Shown here one piece after another: positions 1 to 12,184 of a stretch of DNA of 64,000 bases (positions within the stretch are counted from its first letter, which is position 1; each line of letters starts with the position of its first letter). A program made the position numbers and the translations under genes. This DNA comes from Yuukianura sp. NJ FZ-2021. Its lineage: Eukaryota. The stretch spans positions 372,001 to 436,000 of the forward strand of contig CM102288.1 of NCBI GenBank assembly GCA_046563655.1, written 5' to 3'. Below the pieces are notes generated by a model. That model saw only the letters and a list, made by a program, of their open reading frames with translations. It was not told the origin of the DNA and ran no database searches.

Positions 1-505
1 AACCCAGCAATTGCAACTGCTTCAGCTTTTCGCAATTTCTCTCACATTTCTCAAAATTTCTCAAATTTTTAAAGTTCTGTGCTTCTTTTCGTCAGTTGAA
101 ACATTTTGAACTGTGTTTACAGGAGGTTTTCAATTTTAGCTTTATAGTTCGGAGTTACTGATCATTTCTGTTCATTCAGAAAACTGATCATTTGGCTCGA
201 GTTTGATTTTGTCGCTTTTCTCTTCTCTGCTTACTATTTTGCTGTTGACCTTTTTGCTGTTGGTAGTTTACCGTTACGCCTGTGTCTCAGTTTTGTCTGT
301 GGCAACTTGTCAATTTGTCAAATATAAGCCATTTTTGTCTTCACTTTCTTTGACTACTCTGCCGTGCCGAAGCATTGATTTTTCGGAATTTTTACTTCAT
401 CATTCCAATTTCTCTTCAATGTTTCAGTTGTAAAATTGGATTTTCTTGTTTCTTAAAACTTAAAAAGAGAGTTTATCTAAGTTTTTTCTTCTCAAAATTT
501 TGTAG

Positions 506-3500
506 GTGAAGGAACCGGAGCCTGTTCAAGACGAAGCTGCTCGACGCGTTCAAGAATTTTTTAAAACTGTGGCTGGAGAAGACTTGGAAGTGGACTGGGC
601 TGAACTCAAAGAAGTTTTGGACTTGGCAATGAAAAGAGGTAATCTCATCAACTTTCTTCTTTTTTGAACTTTCTTCAGTAGCGCGCCTTTTTTACGTTTC
701 TCAAACCGTCGAAACTTGTAACGGTCCATCACTCATTCATAAGCACCGTTCAAGCGTCAGAGAGAAGCGCCGCTTCCTCCGAACCGTAAAAGTCACAAAG
801 TCAAAGTTACAAAGTTGGGAACTTTTGTAAATTTCCTGTTCCAACTTGAAATTGTCCCTCAGCAAAAGTTGAACTTTGCCGCCTTCCGTCCATTCCGCTC
901 CAACTGAGCCTTGAACAGAGAGATTCATCTTCATTTTCGCTGGAAGTGTCCAAGCTGCCCATTGCCTCCGATCACTCATGCCTGTCGGAGCAGGGAATTG
1001 GGCAGGGGTCAGAGGTCATAAGAAACTTCTTCTCGTGCCAATGTCCGGAACAGACCAATTTTTCACTCTGTCTGGTCATTCGCACTTTGGAAAAGAGTAA
1101 TCAGAAGTAAGCCTATTAGTCCCTGTCCCACCACACGCTTGGCACGAACCACAAACCCATAAAACCAATAAATCAAAACTAAAGTCAGGCTAAATCAATG
1201 AAAAAAAATAAGTCGAGATGCAAAATCGCAAACAGCAAATTGGTAAAAAAAAAAAGGAAAACCGAAATGCAACATTGCAAACACGGGAAATAGGTAAAAA
1301 AAAACTAATTGAAACATGAAATACTAACACTAAACGTAAAAAACCAGCCTAATACTAACTAGGGAGAAAAAGAACATACGAAAAAGCGAGAATTCCAGGA
1401 AGTGAAAAAAAAAAAATTTAAAATACGAAAATATATTTTTTTTTTCACAAAAACACTTCATGGTTGTAATGTTGGTTTGTTGACCAAGTTGTGTTGACCA
1501 TTTTGCTTCGCAGAGGTATCGAACCCTGGTACCCTGGCAAGGACATTAGCAACTTTATAAATGATGTGGCGGGAAAGGAAATGAAAGAATAGGAAATGAA
1601 CGTTATTTAGTGTGTGAGAAAACGGAGAAAGTGCGGTGAAAGGTGATAAGTAAATTCAATTTAAGTGTGGCTTCACTTCCACCGCCAATTTCGTTCTTAA
1701 GCAACGTTGTTATGCATTCCAACTAGAATTAGTTTTTATCGAAATGTTCTGCATATGCGCGTTGTCAGCCTACGGTTAGATTTTATGGGAGGAATTCGGA
1801 TCTTTGAGAAGCGATGTGGGGAAAGTGGTTAACACTTGATTAATTCCATCAAACAAATGTAGGTCGCCGTTCAAGTGTGAAAGTTCAGTTTCATCAAATG
1901 CAGGCCCAGAATCACAAGTATTCTTCACATTTTAGTATCTAACGCTACACTTCTGGAAAACCAAAAAAGATTTTTTACATTTTAGACAGAACACGCTTTT
2001 TGAAAAGCCTTTGAGTGCCACCGGAGAAACCGCATACGGTCTTTAATCATTCATGGACTTCAAAATTCGAATTTCAAATTCCAAATCAGAGATGAAAGCT
2101 TTTTCAAAAATCTATTCTGACTGAGTTTCTGTTCCTTTTCTTTATGAAAAGTGGAGAAAGTGCTTTCCATTTCATTGAATTGCGATGATTTTGACGGCTG
2201 ACCTCTTGACCTTCATTATTTCGGTTTTTTGTAGTGTATTTTGAAATTATAATTAATTTTTAATAAGTTATGTTTAAAATCTGTAATTTGCGGCTTGTTG
2301 TTTGTTACTTGTACTAAAATGTAATTCCGTGTATTTTGTTTGTTTTATGTTACGTTTTCCATTCCGTTCCTGTGATTTAGACGCACGTAAGTGAAAGTTA
2401 TTTGAAGTAATTAGTTCTTGAGAAAGAGAAAGTTTTGCTTTGAAATGAGAGTTGTGCTGCTTGGCTTAACTTTTGGAATTGGCTCTCCTAGTTTCCGCCT
2501 GGCAGCTGTTGCTTTTGTCTATAATTACTCTACCAAAACCTTTGCCAAAAAACTTACTCAAAAGAAATTTAAAAAGAAAACTTTCAGAGTTTGAGCATTT
2601 GAGGTGCCCATGAATCAAAAGTGTTTGCGAATCAAAGGAGAAGCTTGTTTCTGAACTTCCTTGGATTTAAGCCAAACACGAAATCCAAACTCCAACATTC
2701 AAAAGTAGTGAATGAACACCGCAGCAGGCGATAATGGTCAGAAATATTTGGTCAGAAGTGAAATGATCAGACGTGAAAAGGTCAGAATTCAAAAGATCTC
2801 AGGTTAGGTTTGGTTACATTCCTTCCTTTTCTGACCTTTTTTTTCTGATCATTTCACTTTCTGACCAAATCACATGGAACCATGAACGTTTCAGAAAACA
2901 AAAATTCGAAATTGAAATTGTAAGTTTTATGTGTAAGTCAAGTGTAACTTGAAATTTTGAAAACCAAAAAACTCGAAGCAGCTTCACTGTCACTATCTAC
3001 TGTGTACTTGGGTATACTTTACCTTATAGTCTTCCTTACAAAGCTTTCAATTTCAAATACTTTTTTTTAACCGACGTGGCTGTTGGTGAAAAGGTTGAAT
3101 TTCAACAATTTCGTTTTGTTTAGCTCCTTGTTTTCTTTTTTTTTTTAAATTGACTGTGATTGATTTCCATTTGAACAAATGCTGGTCCTTTTCATTTGGC
3201 CAAACGGAAATAGATGACTGTAGTCTTGTCTGTGGAAGTCCGAAGAAGTGACACACTGACAGTAATGAAACTGAATGGAAATTGGAACAGAGAAGCAGCT
3301 TTTCCATTTCCTGATTCTGGAAATAGACAAAAAAGAATTTGTGAAAGTAGGATCAAAGAGAAGGTTTGAGTGGAATACACAATGAACCCCCTAATCTTCA
3401 TCCACTTTACATAACATCACATAACAAAAACACCAAAGACTCTAAAAACTATACGAAAACATTTTCTCACCTTTGACACGCCAAATAAAACGCGTAATCT

Positions 3501-5239
3501 GTTACCACAAAATGTTCAGTTTACAGAAAGGAAATTTAGTTCCATTTTTACCCTAATATTTACAAATCCTACTTTGGAAACCTTAGAATTTCCAATTTCT
3601 CAGTTAAAATTTTAAATTTTAAGGAAATTTATATCTCCATTGTTTCCAAAGTTAAAAAAATTGGTCCAAGAGAATTGCAGAGCCTGTATTGGAAAAATCA
3701 AGAGAAAGTCAAAAATGGGAAATTCGTACTCAAATTCGAATGTTCCAAAATTTAATATCAAAATTTGAAACATGTTTGGAAAACTGGAACAAAATATAGC
3801 ATTTCCAATTCCAGAAATTTAAATTAAATTAATTTAAATTTCAAAATGGTTCTAATTTTGGATTTTCCGTTTTAATTACGAGTTGTCTGTTTAGCGTAGC
3901 GTGTTTAATTAAACCCATTTCCTAAATTGCATTTTGTAAATGTGTGGCAGGATGATGTTGGAGGTTGTTTTGACTTTTGTTGTGGCGATATGTGAAATGG
4001 GTTTGGTGAAAGCGGGAGAGTGAAAGTGAGCCAACATGGCTCTTCCTCCAATAATTTTGAGAGCAAAGCGGGTAACGGGTGGAAGGACGAGTACTTTTGG
4101 CACTCCGAATCCCAAATCGGCCCTGTTTTTGGCAAACTTCTACAATAGTTCTACAAATTCTCAAATTTCCTAACTTTCTCTCTCCTCAATGGGAGTAATA
4201 ACCATTCAGCAGAATCACCACAGCTCAAAACCTTGTTTTTAGAACAAAACCTCCCAATTCAAACTCCACTTTAACTTTCCCAAATCCTTTCATAAACAAA
4301 ACCAAAAACTTTTCTAAAAACCTAAAAAAACGATTTAGCTTTTCGTTTCTAGTGGCGGATCTTATAGGTGTGCGTGATGTAGCAACTAAACATTCACGTT
4401 TAGAGTATGCCTGAAAATGAAACTTTTCGAATCGGAATGAAAATTTATCAATTCAAAAAGTTTGTTCAAATTCAAAATTTTCAGAATTTTTGAAAAAAAG
4501 TGGAGATTTCATAACTTTCAAACAGACAGACGTAGTTAGATTGCTGGCAAACTGCTTCTACTTGGGGATGGGCGTGGGCTATTGCAGTTTACAACAAAAA
4601 GCAAAAACTAAAAACCAAATTATTTGAAATTTTGAAACTAATTGTCGAAATTTTGAAAAACAGAATTTGACTTTGCTGGATTTTCGAAAGAGGTGTGCCG
4701 GTCCATGATTTCTTTGATGGACGTCGATCGTTCAGGAAAACTCGGACTGGATGAATTCACCACTCTTTGGAAAAATGTCAGAACTTGGCAGGTAAAACGT
4801 TAAACCTGGAACAAAAATTATTTCAAAATTTCAGTTTTAACAACTATTTTTTAAAAAACAGAGAGTGTTCAAGATTTACGATGCAGACAAGTCCGGTCAC
4901 TTGAGTTCATTTGAGTTGCGTGGAGCTCTTCAATCTGCTGGATACACCGTAAATAACAAAGTACTGGAAGCACTTGTGCTGCGTTACGGAGACAAAGCAG
5001 GCCAGATTTGGTTTGACGACTTCATCATGTGCGCTGTCAAACTCAAGTCCATGATTGGTGAGTCTAACGAAATTTCAAAAATTTCATGAAATCCTACAAA
5101 ATCTTTGAAGTTTTGGAAAACTAAATGAAATTCTTCTCTCGTCTTACGTCTAGAAATCTTCAAAGAGAAGGATATTGATGGTAAGAATGTGGCTGAGTTT
5201 AGCCTGGAAGAATGGCTCCAGAAGACACTCTACTCCTAA
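506..5239 (+). CDS. Classical calpain (CalpA/CalpB-like), C-terminal penta-EF-hand domain; 5' part lies upstream of the window
   Basis: Phase-consistent GT-AG exons 506-638, 4664-4791, 4862-5057, 5154-5239 translate to [33 protein letters not shown] / [32 protein letters not shown] / [38 protein letters not shown] / [20 protein letters not shown], typical calpain domain IV. Confidence 0.95.
2381..2386 (+). CDS. Candidate 6-nt calpain microexon (ACGCAC)
   Basis: Long U-rich tract, then gatttag|ACGCAC|gtaagt. Frame-preserving in the phase-1 intron 639-4663 (KR-DAQ-FDF instead of KR-E-FDF). Confidence 0.6.
2746..2870. repeat. Imperfect inverted repeat, MITE/foldback-like remnant
   Basis: atttggtcagaagtgaaatgatcaga..aaaaggtcagaa (2746-2787) is near-complementary to ttctgacctttt..tctgatcatttcactttctgaccaaat (2829-2870), with an aggttaggtttggtta core between. 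Confidence 0.6.
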
Positions 5240-6178
5240 GAAGTCTTCTCCAGGAATTCTCCAGGAGCAAGAATGACCGGAAGGAACGAGAACTGGAGAA
5301 GATGAGGAGATTATGCAAATGAATTTCGTCGTAGCATCTTCAAAGATTCAATATTTAAAATGTTATACCTAGCAGCAGCCTTGTCAGGTTCCAGCATCTC
5401 TGCTTTTACAAAAAAGTAGCTTTTTCTGCTCAGAAAAAAAATTGGCTTTTTAAAAATTCCATCTTCAAAATCTTCCTCCTTCCAGCAAAGTTCTAAAAAA
5501 AGAGAGATATTATTAAAACTTTTGCATATTTTTGAGGTGCTAAAATTAAAGTGTATGTTACCTTCTAAGTTTTTCTTGTGTGTTTTAGAAAGTAATTTTA
5601 CGATCTGCTTAGGACATAAAAACTTGCCAATTTAAAAAAATGGAAGGGAGCTTGATATTGTTAGAACAAATTGCCAATTGTTGACACTTAAATGCTTCCC
5701 AGTTTAAAATTCAGATCACAAAAATGATCGTAAACTTGTTACAAAAGAAAACAAATGATGAAAAAAGAAAATTACAAGTGAAATTTTACTGCCAATTATA
5801 GCAATTAAGACTATGGATGCCTCTAGACTAATTACTGTCTATTACTGACTATTGCTAATTACAAAAATATAGGTTGGCTATTCTAATTAAATCCGTAAAT
5901 TCATGTGTGTAATGTCTGCGTAAAACTTTTTTCGGCGTACCTGCTACCGAATCAACATAATAAAAACAACCTGATTAGGACAATGTTAAAATTAATTAAT
6001 TACTAAAATTTCATATTTTGTCTTAAAGTAATTACTAACATTAACGTTTTGTCACGTTTTTCAGATCTGGCCCGGGCATGATATGGATTATCTTGCGAGG
6101 ACGCAAATGAATTGCACATTGATTTTTAAGTGGCGAGGCTAAAGATTCCGACCTTCAAAAAAATTTGAAAACGGATTT

Positions 6179-7161
6179 TCACGAACTCCTTGGTGGCCTC
6201 CGTACAAATTGTTTAGTTGGCACAACTGGTATTACAGCGTCACTGTTTGAGAATCAAAAGACTTCAATTTGAAACCAAGTTTAGACTTAAACTTAAGTTT
6301 GTGCTGTGAAGGCTTACGGATTGTTAATTCTAACGTGAAACAAAATATTGTGATCAATTCTCTCCAGCGGAATTTGGACAATTTTATCCATCACTGGAGC
6401 TGGAACTGGAGGAAGTTGAAGTTGACTGCCTGGCAACATCCAGAGACTTGGATCCTGGTACAAGTCAGACTCCATTTCTGTTTCTGGAACTTCTATTTTG
6501 ATGCAAGGTTCTTCTTTGCTGTTAGGAAGGCACATTGATTGAGGTGTCGAAGATGTTGGATTTAGCGGAAGCATAGATTTGTCCACCGAAGCCGACGTAG
6601 ATTCACTGGAGATGTTGGAAGAATTGTCCCGCAGGATCTGCACACGTCTAAGAAGGATATGAAACTCCAAAGGCCGGATCGTTCGTCCACGATACTTGAA
6701 CGAAGTTTTCAGTTTCGATGTCGCCTTCACTGTCGTCGAATTTGCGTAGGAGTCAATTTTTTTCAGTGAAATGACAACTTGTTTGGGACAAAGGATATCC
6801 GAAGGGAATAGCACTTCATCCGCTTCTTCTTCTGAAGGGTTTGAGCATGGTTGAGTTGTGATGAGTGGCGGTGCCAGTAATCTAAACCTAACCAAGTATG
6901 TCATTAACTTTTTGAAGATGAACACAAGTTGTAAAGTTATGTTTATGTGCTTTACTTCTGAGGAACATAAGGTGACGAGGCCGGCCAAAACAGGTTCGGT
7001 TCTTCCATCATCGGTTCTTGTTCCCTGAAATCAGATTAAAAATATTATATCATTATCCAGAAATATCATTTTCAGATTTATTAAACTTACTGTTCAATCT
7101 CCTCAACAGGCTCAATTTTTAAAACAACTTCCTCCTTTGACCTTGACATAGAAATTGCCAT
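6179..7161 (-). CDS. Hypothetical protein (~255 aa, low complexity, KIE-type motifs)
   Basis: Phase-consistent exons 7161-7091, 7024-6956, 6887-6318, 6242-6179: MAISMSRSKEEVVLKIEPVEEIEQ..IKIEVPETEMES..RRPPRSS*. Overlaps the 224-aa ORF; no recognisable family. Confidence 0.6.
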
Positions 7162-8399
7162 TTCCACTAAATTATGTGAGCAACAGCTGTTCTACTGTAA
7201 ACTAGTCCGTTGTTTACCAACCAACTAACTAATTACTTTGGTTCTCCAATCCATAGTGGATCAGTCGATGTGAAGAAGAAAGTGAGGAATTTGTGAGTTC
7301 GAATTGAATCTGCACGGTGCCCACCCAAGTAGTAATTTCAAGTCATTGCAGATAATTAGATTAAAAAAAAACTCAATTGTTAGTGAAAGTTAGAATAAAA
7401 AAAGAAAAGTGAAAGTTGTTTTCTTTTGGGAAAAGTTTAGTTTCTCCGTAATTTGAATTCAAGATTTTCCCGCGCCGCCTTATCTGTAAGCATTGATACC
7501 GTAAAACTTCATCCACTTGGCTCTAGGCTGTTAATCTGTTGTAATAATTTCAGAGTAAGGATTTCATAAACTCACATAACACTAATTAATATACCTTATG
7601 GAAATTACTTAATTGGTCTGTTAAGTATATTTAATTGTGGTGGTTAATAATTAACGGTATTTATTACTACAATAGCGACAAGGCGGGGGAGCGTATAGGC
7701 GTCAAGTGCCTCAGCGGGTGTTCACGGTAACGTTGGAATTTGATGAGTTTAGTGCGGAAGAAAGGCGCCAAAACAGCTGAGAACAATGACAGTTCTTTTG
7801 CTTTCCTTTTGTTTGTGCCTTCCTTTGTTCGGTCGTAGGCCGTCAGCCTGTCAATGTCCAGTGGACAGGACAGTGTCCAGTTAGTCCAATTCTGCACAGT
7901 TCTGGAGTAATCTAATAGAAACTTGGGACTGCTAACATACGAACGTAAGTTAAGTTGCACATCCTAAACAAAGTCCTTAGGTCATGGTCGGTCGGCTTGC
8001 TAACTTGTAAAGTTGTAGTGCATCAGGATCAGGGTGGTGATGTGACACTAATCATTTGTTCTAATTTCTGCTTAGGTGACACGGTGGTTATAGTACATGA
8101 TTTGAGTAGTATGCTGATTCGCTGATTGTTGCTGCGAATTACCCATACCCACTTTAATGAAAAACAATGGATGCCAGATGCCAGAAGTTATCAAGCGGCG
8201 ATTCCAGTTTTCCAGTGTACCCACTCTCGTCTCGATCGATTGATCGAGAACTGAAGATTCTTCGATGATTCTCGCCAATCGTCGTCTTGACGTTGGGACA
8301 AAGACGGGACGGAATGGAAGAAGTTTGTAAAACTCTAAAACCTATTTAGATTTACCTCCAACATAATTAACGTTTATGAAATGTTATTTTGATTTTCAG

Positions 8400-8559
8400 A
8401 AATCTTGTGCATCTGAAGACATTCAGTAAAAGAGTGGAGCAAGGATTGCATGAATGTCTCCACGATGACTCATCTTTCGACGTTTTCTTCAGTGACAAAA
8501 ACATCTAATTCAAAGGCTTCAGCGTTAAGAGAGGACGACGACACGACATTTACACAAAT
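8400..8559 (+). other. Upstream exon, probably of Tob; its ATG (8450) is in frame with the Tob CDS
   Basis: gattttcag| acceptor and |gtgagt donor. ORF MNVSTMTHLS..DDDTTFTQ ends in phase 2 and joins exon 18038 in frame. Confidence 0.55.
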
Positions 8560-8735
8560 GTGAGTCGTCTTACTTGTATTTACTACTCCTAGCAACCTAA
8601 CCTTGCGAAAACAGTGGAGTTTTTCTACCGAGCAATTAGCGAAAAAATCAACGTTTTTGCAAAAATCTCACATCGCCCCAACACCATTCCAAATTCTGTG
8701 AACAATATAATTACCAACGTATAAAATGTTTCAAA

Positions 8736-8755
8736 TTAGGTTAGGTTAGGTTAGG
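8736..8755 (+). repeat. (TTAGG)4 interstitial arthropod telomere-type repeat
   Basis: ttaggttaggttaggttagg read directly. Confidence 0.8.
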
Positions 8756-11700
8756 TTTTTTTTTAGTACGATCGTTAGTGATTTCATCTGTGTTTCAATA
8801 GAATTTGGAAGAGTGCATTTTGCACATTGGGCAACGATTTGAACATTTTCGCCAATCAGATTGAAAAATCTCAAACCAAAATAGATTCAAAGTCAATTTA
8901 GATTAGATTTTAAAACTCCTTATCATTTCCTCTTCAACTTTCGTAGATAAAAATTGTTTTTCTATTTTTCAAATTCTCATAGCCCTCATAAACATCGAAC
9001 ATTTCCAAATTGCAAATAATTTAGTCGCAGCAAGGACTATGTCAATTTTATTGTGAAATGCACTTTGAATTGGTGTGTTGTTTTCCTGAAAAGGAAAACA
9101 AGTTTAGTATTGAGAAATTACTTTGTTGGAGCTACTGCGTCGGCTCTTGTTATTTTTCAATTTTGTAATTGGAATTCTCGGAACGTTTTAAAACCAGATC
9201 CACAACCAGACCAGAAAAAAGTCGCAAGCTTTTGCAATTTTTTTCTAAAGTTTGTAAACTGGTTCCCTTCCATTTTCTGTTACGTCGATAGCTTTTAGAC
9301 TTTTGTTCATGCTTATGAATAACGCTAAATTTTTGTAGATTTGACCTGGTCTGCGTAGCGTTGGTGGGTGGTTTTATAGCTATAAAGATTATAAGTTATT
9401 TACGTAGGAAAATGGAACGACGTGACAAGCGACAGCCCTGCTGGAGGAAAAGTACAATCTAAAGCCCATTCCTCATCACGTACACTTAATGGTTTTGTAA
9501 AATTATGATGACACACGATTGCTCACGAGGAATTAAGCCATAATTCGGTTTCGGTGTCTGTCTGTGGTAGTAGTATTATGGTTATCGTTAATAATAGGGG
9601 TGAGGTAAAGCGAATTAATTGGCGTAATCTAACCTAATTCATTAACAACCGCCTTTCGTCAGACAAAAACAATCGTGTGCTCGAAATTTCCAGCGTCTTT
9701 GTATCGCTGAATGCTTCTTTGCCATCATACTTTACATTTTCGAAAAAAAAACGAAATAGAAATATGAAAAAACGTTTTTATTATTACTGTGAGAATACAA
9801 TACAGACACACACACAACGCCAAGATTTCGTTAGTATTGAAAAATGACGATAGCGATGGGTTCCTGCGTTATTATTGCAAACTAAAAAGATTTGCGGTGA
9901 ATATGGAAAGAATTTCCATTTTTACCTAGACTTTTATTTGCAAAATGGTTTCATATTTTTCATGTTACTAAAAATCATGGAGCAGAGCAGGGACGTGGAA
10001 CTCTGGAAATTTGCAAACGCCTCGTTTGCAAAATTGCGATTAATAGGAGATTAAAATGTCGTGTTTGACGTGATTGGCAATGTCCATCGTCGGTCCATGT
10101 GTCATTGCCATTTGGAGTAAAAAGTGACATGGCCTTATGTTTTTTAAGACTATCGCTGATCTCTAACTTCTAGCAACTTGAAGATGACAAAAAATTGACA
10201 GTTATGGACAGTACTGGACTTGGAAAGAGATGATCTTCTTTTTGGAAGTGACATAAAATGTGATGATGACGAACAACTAAAGACTAAAAAGTGGAACCAT
10301 ATGGACCATATTAGGTTTTTGTCAAGTTCTTTTTTGGGCTTCTCATTCACATGTGATCTCAAACCTTACCACTTTAGTACTATGCAAAAGCAGCATTGCA
10401 AAAACTACAACAAATTTACCATGTTTCCGCCCACTTTTAAGTTTTATCATTCGGGTGGTTCCAAAATCCAAATGTTTCAAATTTTTAACAAAAAATGACA
10501 GATCAGTATCAAACTTTTGTGTAAATTCCATTTTTTGCGCATCTGGGATTCTGCGAAGGTAGTGAAGGCGGATTTTCTTCCACTTTTGGCCTTATTTATT
10601 TATTTTTGCCAATTTTTTGCACAAACTTTTGTGCGAATTGTATGACGTGTTCGATCATTATTTTTTGAGAGAAAATGGGAAATTGAAGAATGAGAAAACG
10701 GAAAGGATTGACGTCATGCTCTTCCTTTCACTTCGCTTCTCTTTGATGCTTTTTGCAATTTCCTATTTGGAAATGTTGTTGGAAGGGCACGTAAAACATA
10801 TAGCAGCCAGCATCAGCGTCACAATCGCTGCGCACAGTGCCTTTCTTACTCTTTTTTCGCCTTGAACAGCCTCTGCAAATTAAGATGCGGTCTTTCATTC
10901 TCTTTTTCGCATTGCTTTTTTCTTATATAACAAGTAGAGACGCTTTTTGCAAAAAAAAGGTGCCAGTTCGACTCGAACTTGCTTTTGACTTTTGGATTCA
11001 CAATGGAGCAGCATGGAACTTTGTAGTTCGCAAATGTTAAAGTTGAACACCAAAAAAGTTGTGAAATGGAAATGGCAAAGTGACCTTGAACATTTTCTTA
11101 TTCACGGCACTCTCCCTGGTTAGCTTTTTAGTGCGGGGATAGTTTTAACATGAATTTGCACAAGACGCTTTCCGTTTTGCAAAATTGACTCTGCCTGGGC
11201 TTTGCTCAATTTTTTTGGCAATGTGCAATTTCCCCTCCAGCGGCTTTTTGGAGCTGATGAAGAGTTTGCGAAATTTGTAGGTGTTATTGTTGTGTTGCAA
11301 AAAAAGCACTTGAGATCTCGTGCTGGAATGGCAATGTTAATTTTCCATAACGTCATCCTCTTCTATACTACTTGAACAAGAGAATGTTATTTGAAAGTCA
11401 TTTGGAACTTTTCTGCTTTTTAGTAAAGTCGCAGTTTCATGTGCAAATTTGTGTTTTGAGGGAAAATTTGCAACAAAAGAGGCATATGCGGGTGGATTTG
11501 GTCAACTACCGTCTGTCTGCAACGCAAAATGCAACAATTTAATTTTGATAAAAAAGTTAAGCTCTAGCTGTAACTGGAAATCAGGAATCACGTACTTTTT
11601 GGAAAAAGTACAAAAAATGATGAGAACTCTATAAACTTTTTTGGAATTGACAGGGTTTGCAAAAAAAAATTGTATCTGGAAGGTATGGATGGCGTGATAG

Positions 11701-12155
11701 GCCAGTTTTAATGGAAAGGCGCAATTATAGTGATGACGATATTTTTTGCAACATTGCAAAAAAACGCCCTAATAATCTTCCAGCTCATTGAAAAATGTTA
11801 GTGTGGAGCTCTTTTCGCCGATTGATGTTTGCTTTCCACGGGACGACTCTGCTCTCGCAGAATTTATAAAATTAGTTTCGCAATTTAAAAATAGAACTCC
11901 TATTTTTCAAAATTTGCAATTTTCTTATTTTATGCTTTCGGAAACTTGAAAATTTGAGAAATGAATGAACCGGGAATTTCGTTGTTTTGCTCGCGGTTGT
12001 AAAAAGTTGCGATGAACATCATCAACCATTTTGAATTTTTTCCGTGAAAACCATGTCAGCAAATTTTTTTGAAATTTTGCTAACTACTACAACAAACTGA
12101 TGATTATGAATCATTTCAAAATTGTGATTGGATAAGGATGTAATAACTAATTGAA

Positions 12156-12184
12156 CTTTTCATTTTTTTCCTTTATAGGTGAGT
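12156..12184 (+). other. Candidate recursive splice site (zero-length exon AG|GT)
   Basis: aactaat branch-like motif, then cttttcatttttttcctttatag|gtgagt: a consensus acceptor abutting a consensus donor. Confidence 0.6.

Noticed and set aside
3951..4148. Frame [20 protein letters not shown].. with in-frame TGA (selenocysteine/readthrough or CalpA-like insert)
   Set aside because: Phase 0 does not fit the phase-1 intron; no SECIS evidence; resemblance too weak.
8736..8755. Telomere or chromosome fusion scar
   Set aside because: Only four TTAGG units in a gene-dense context.
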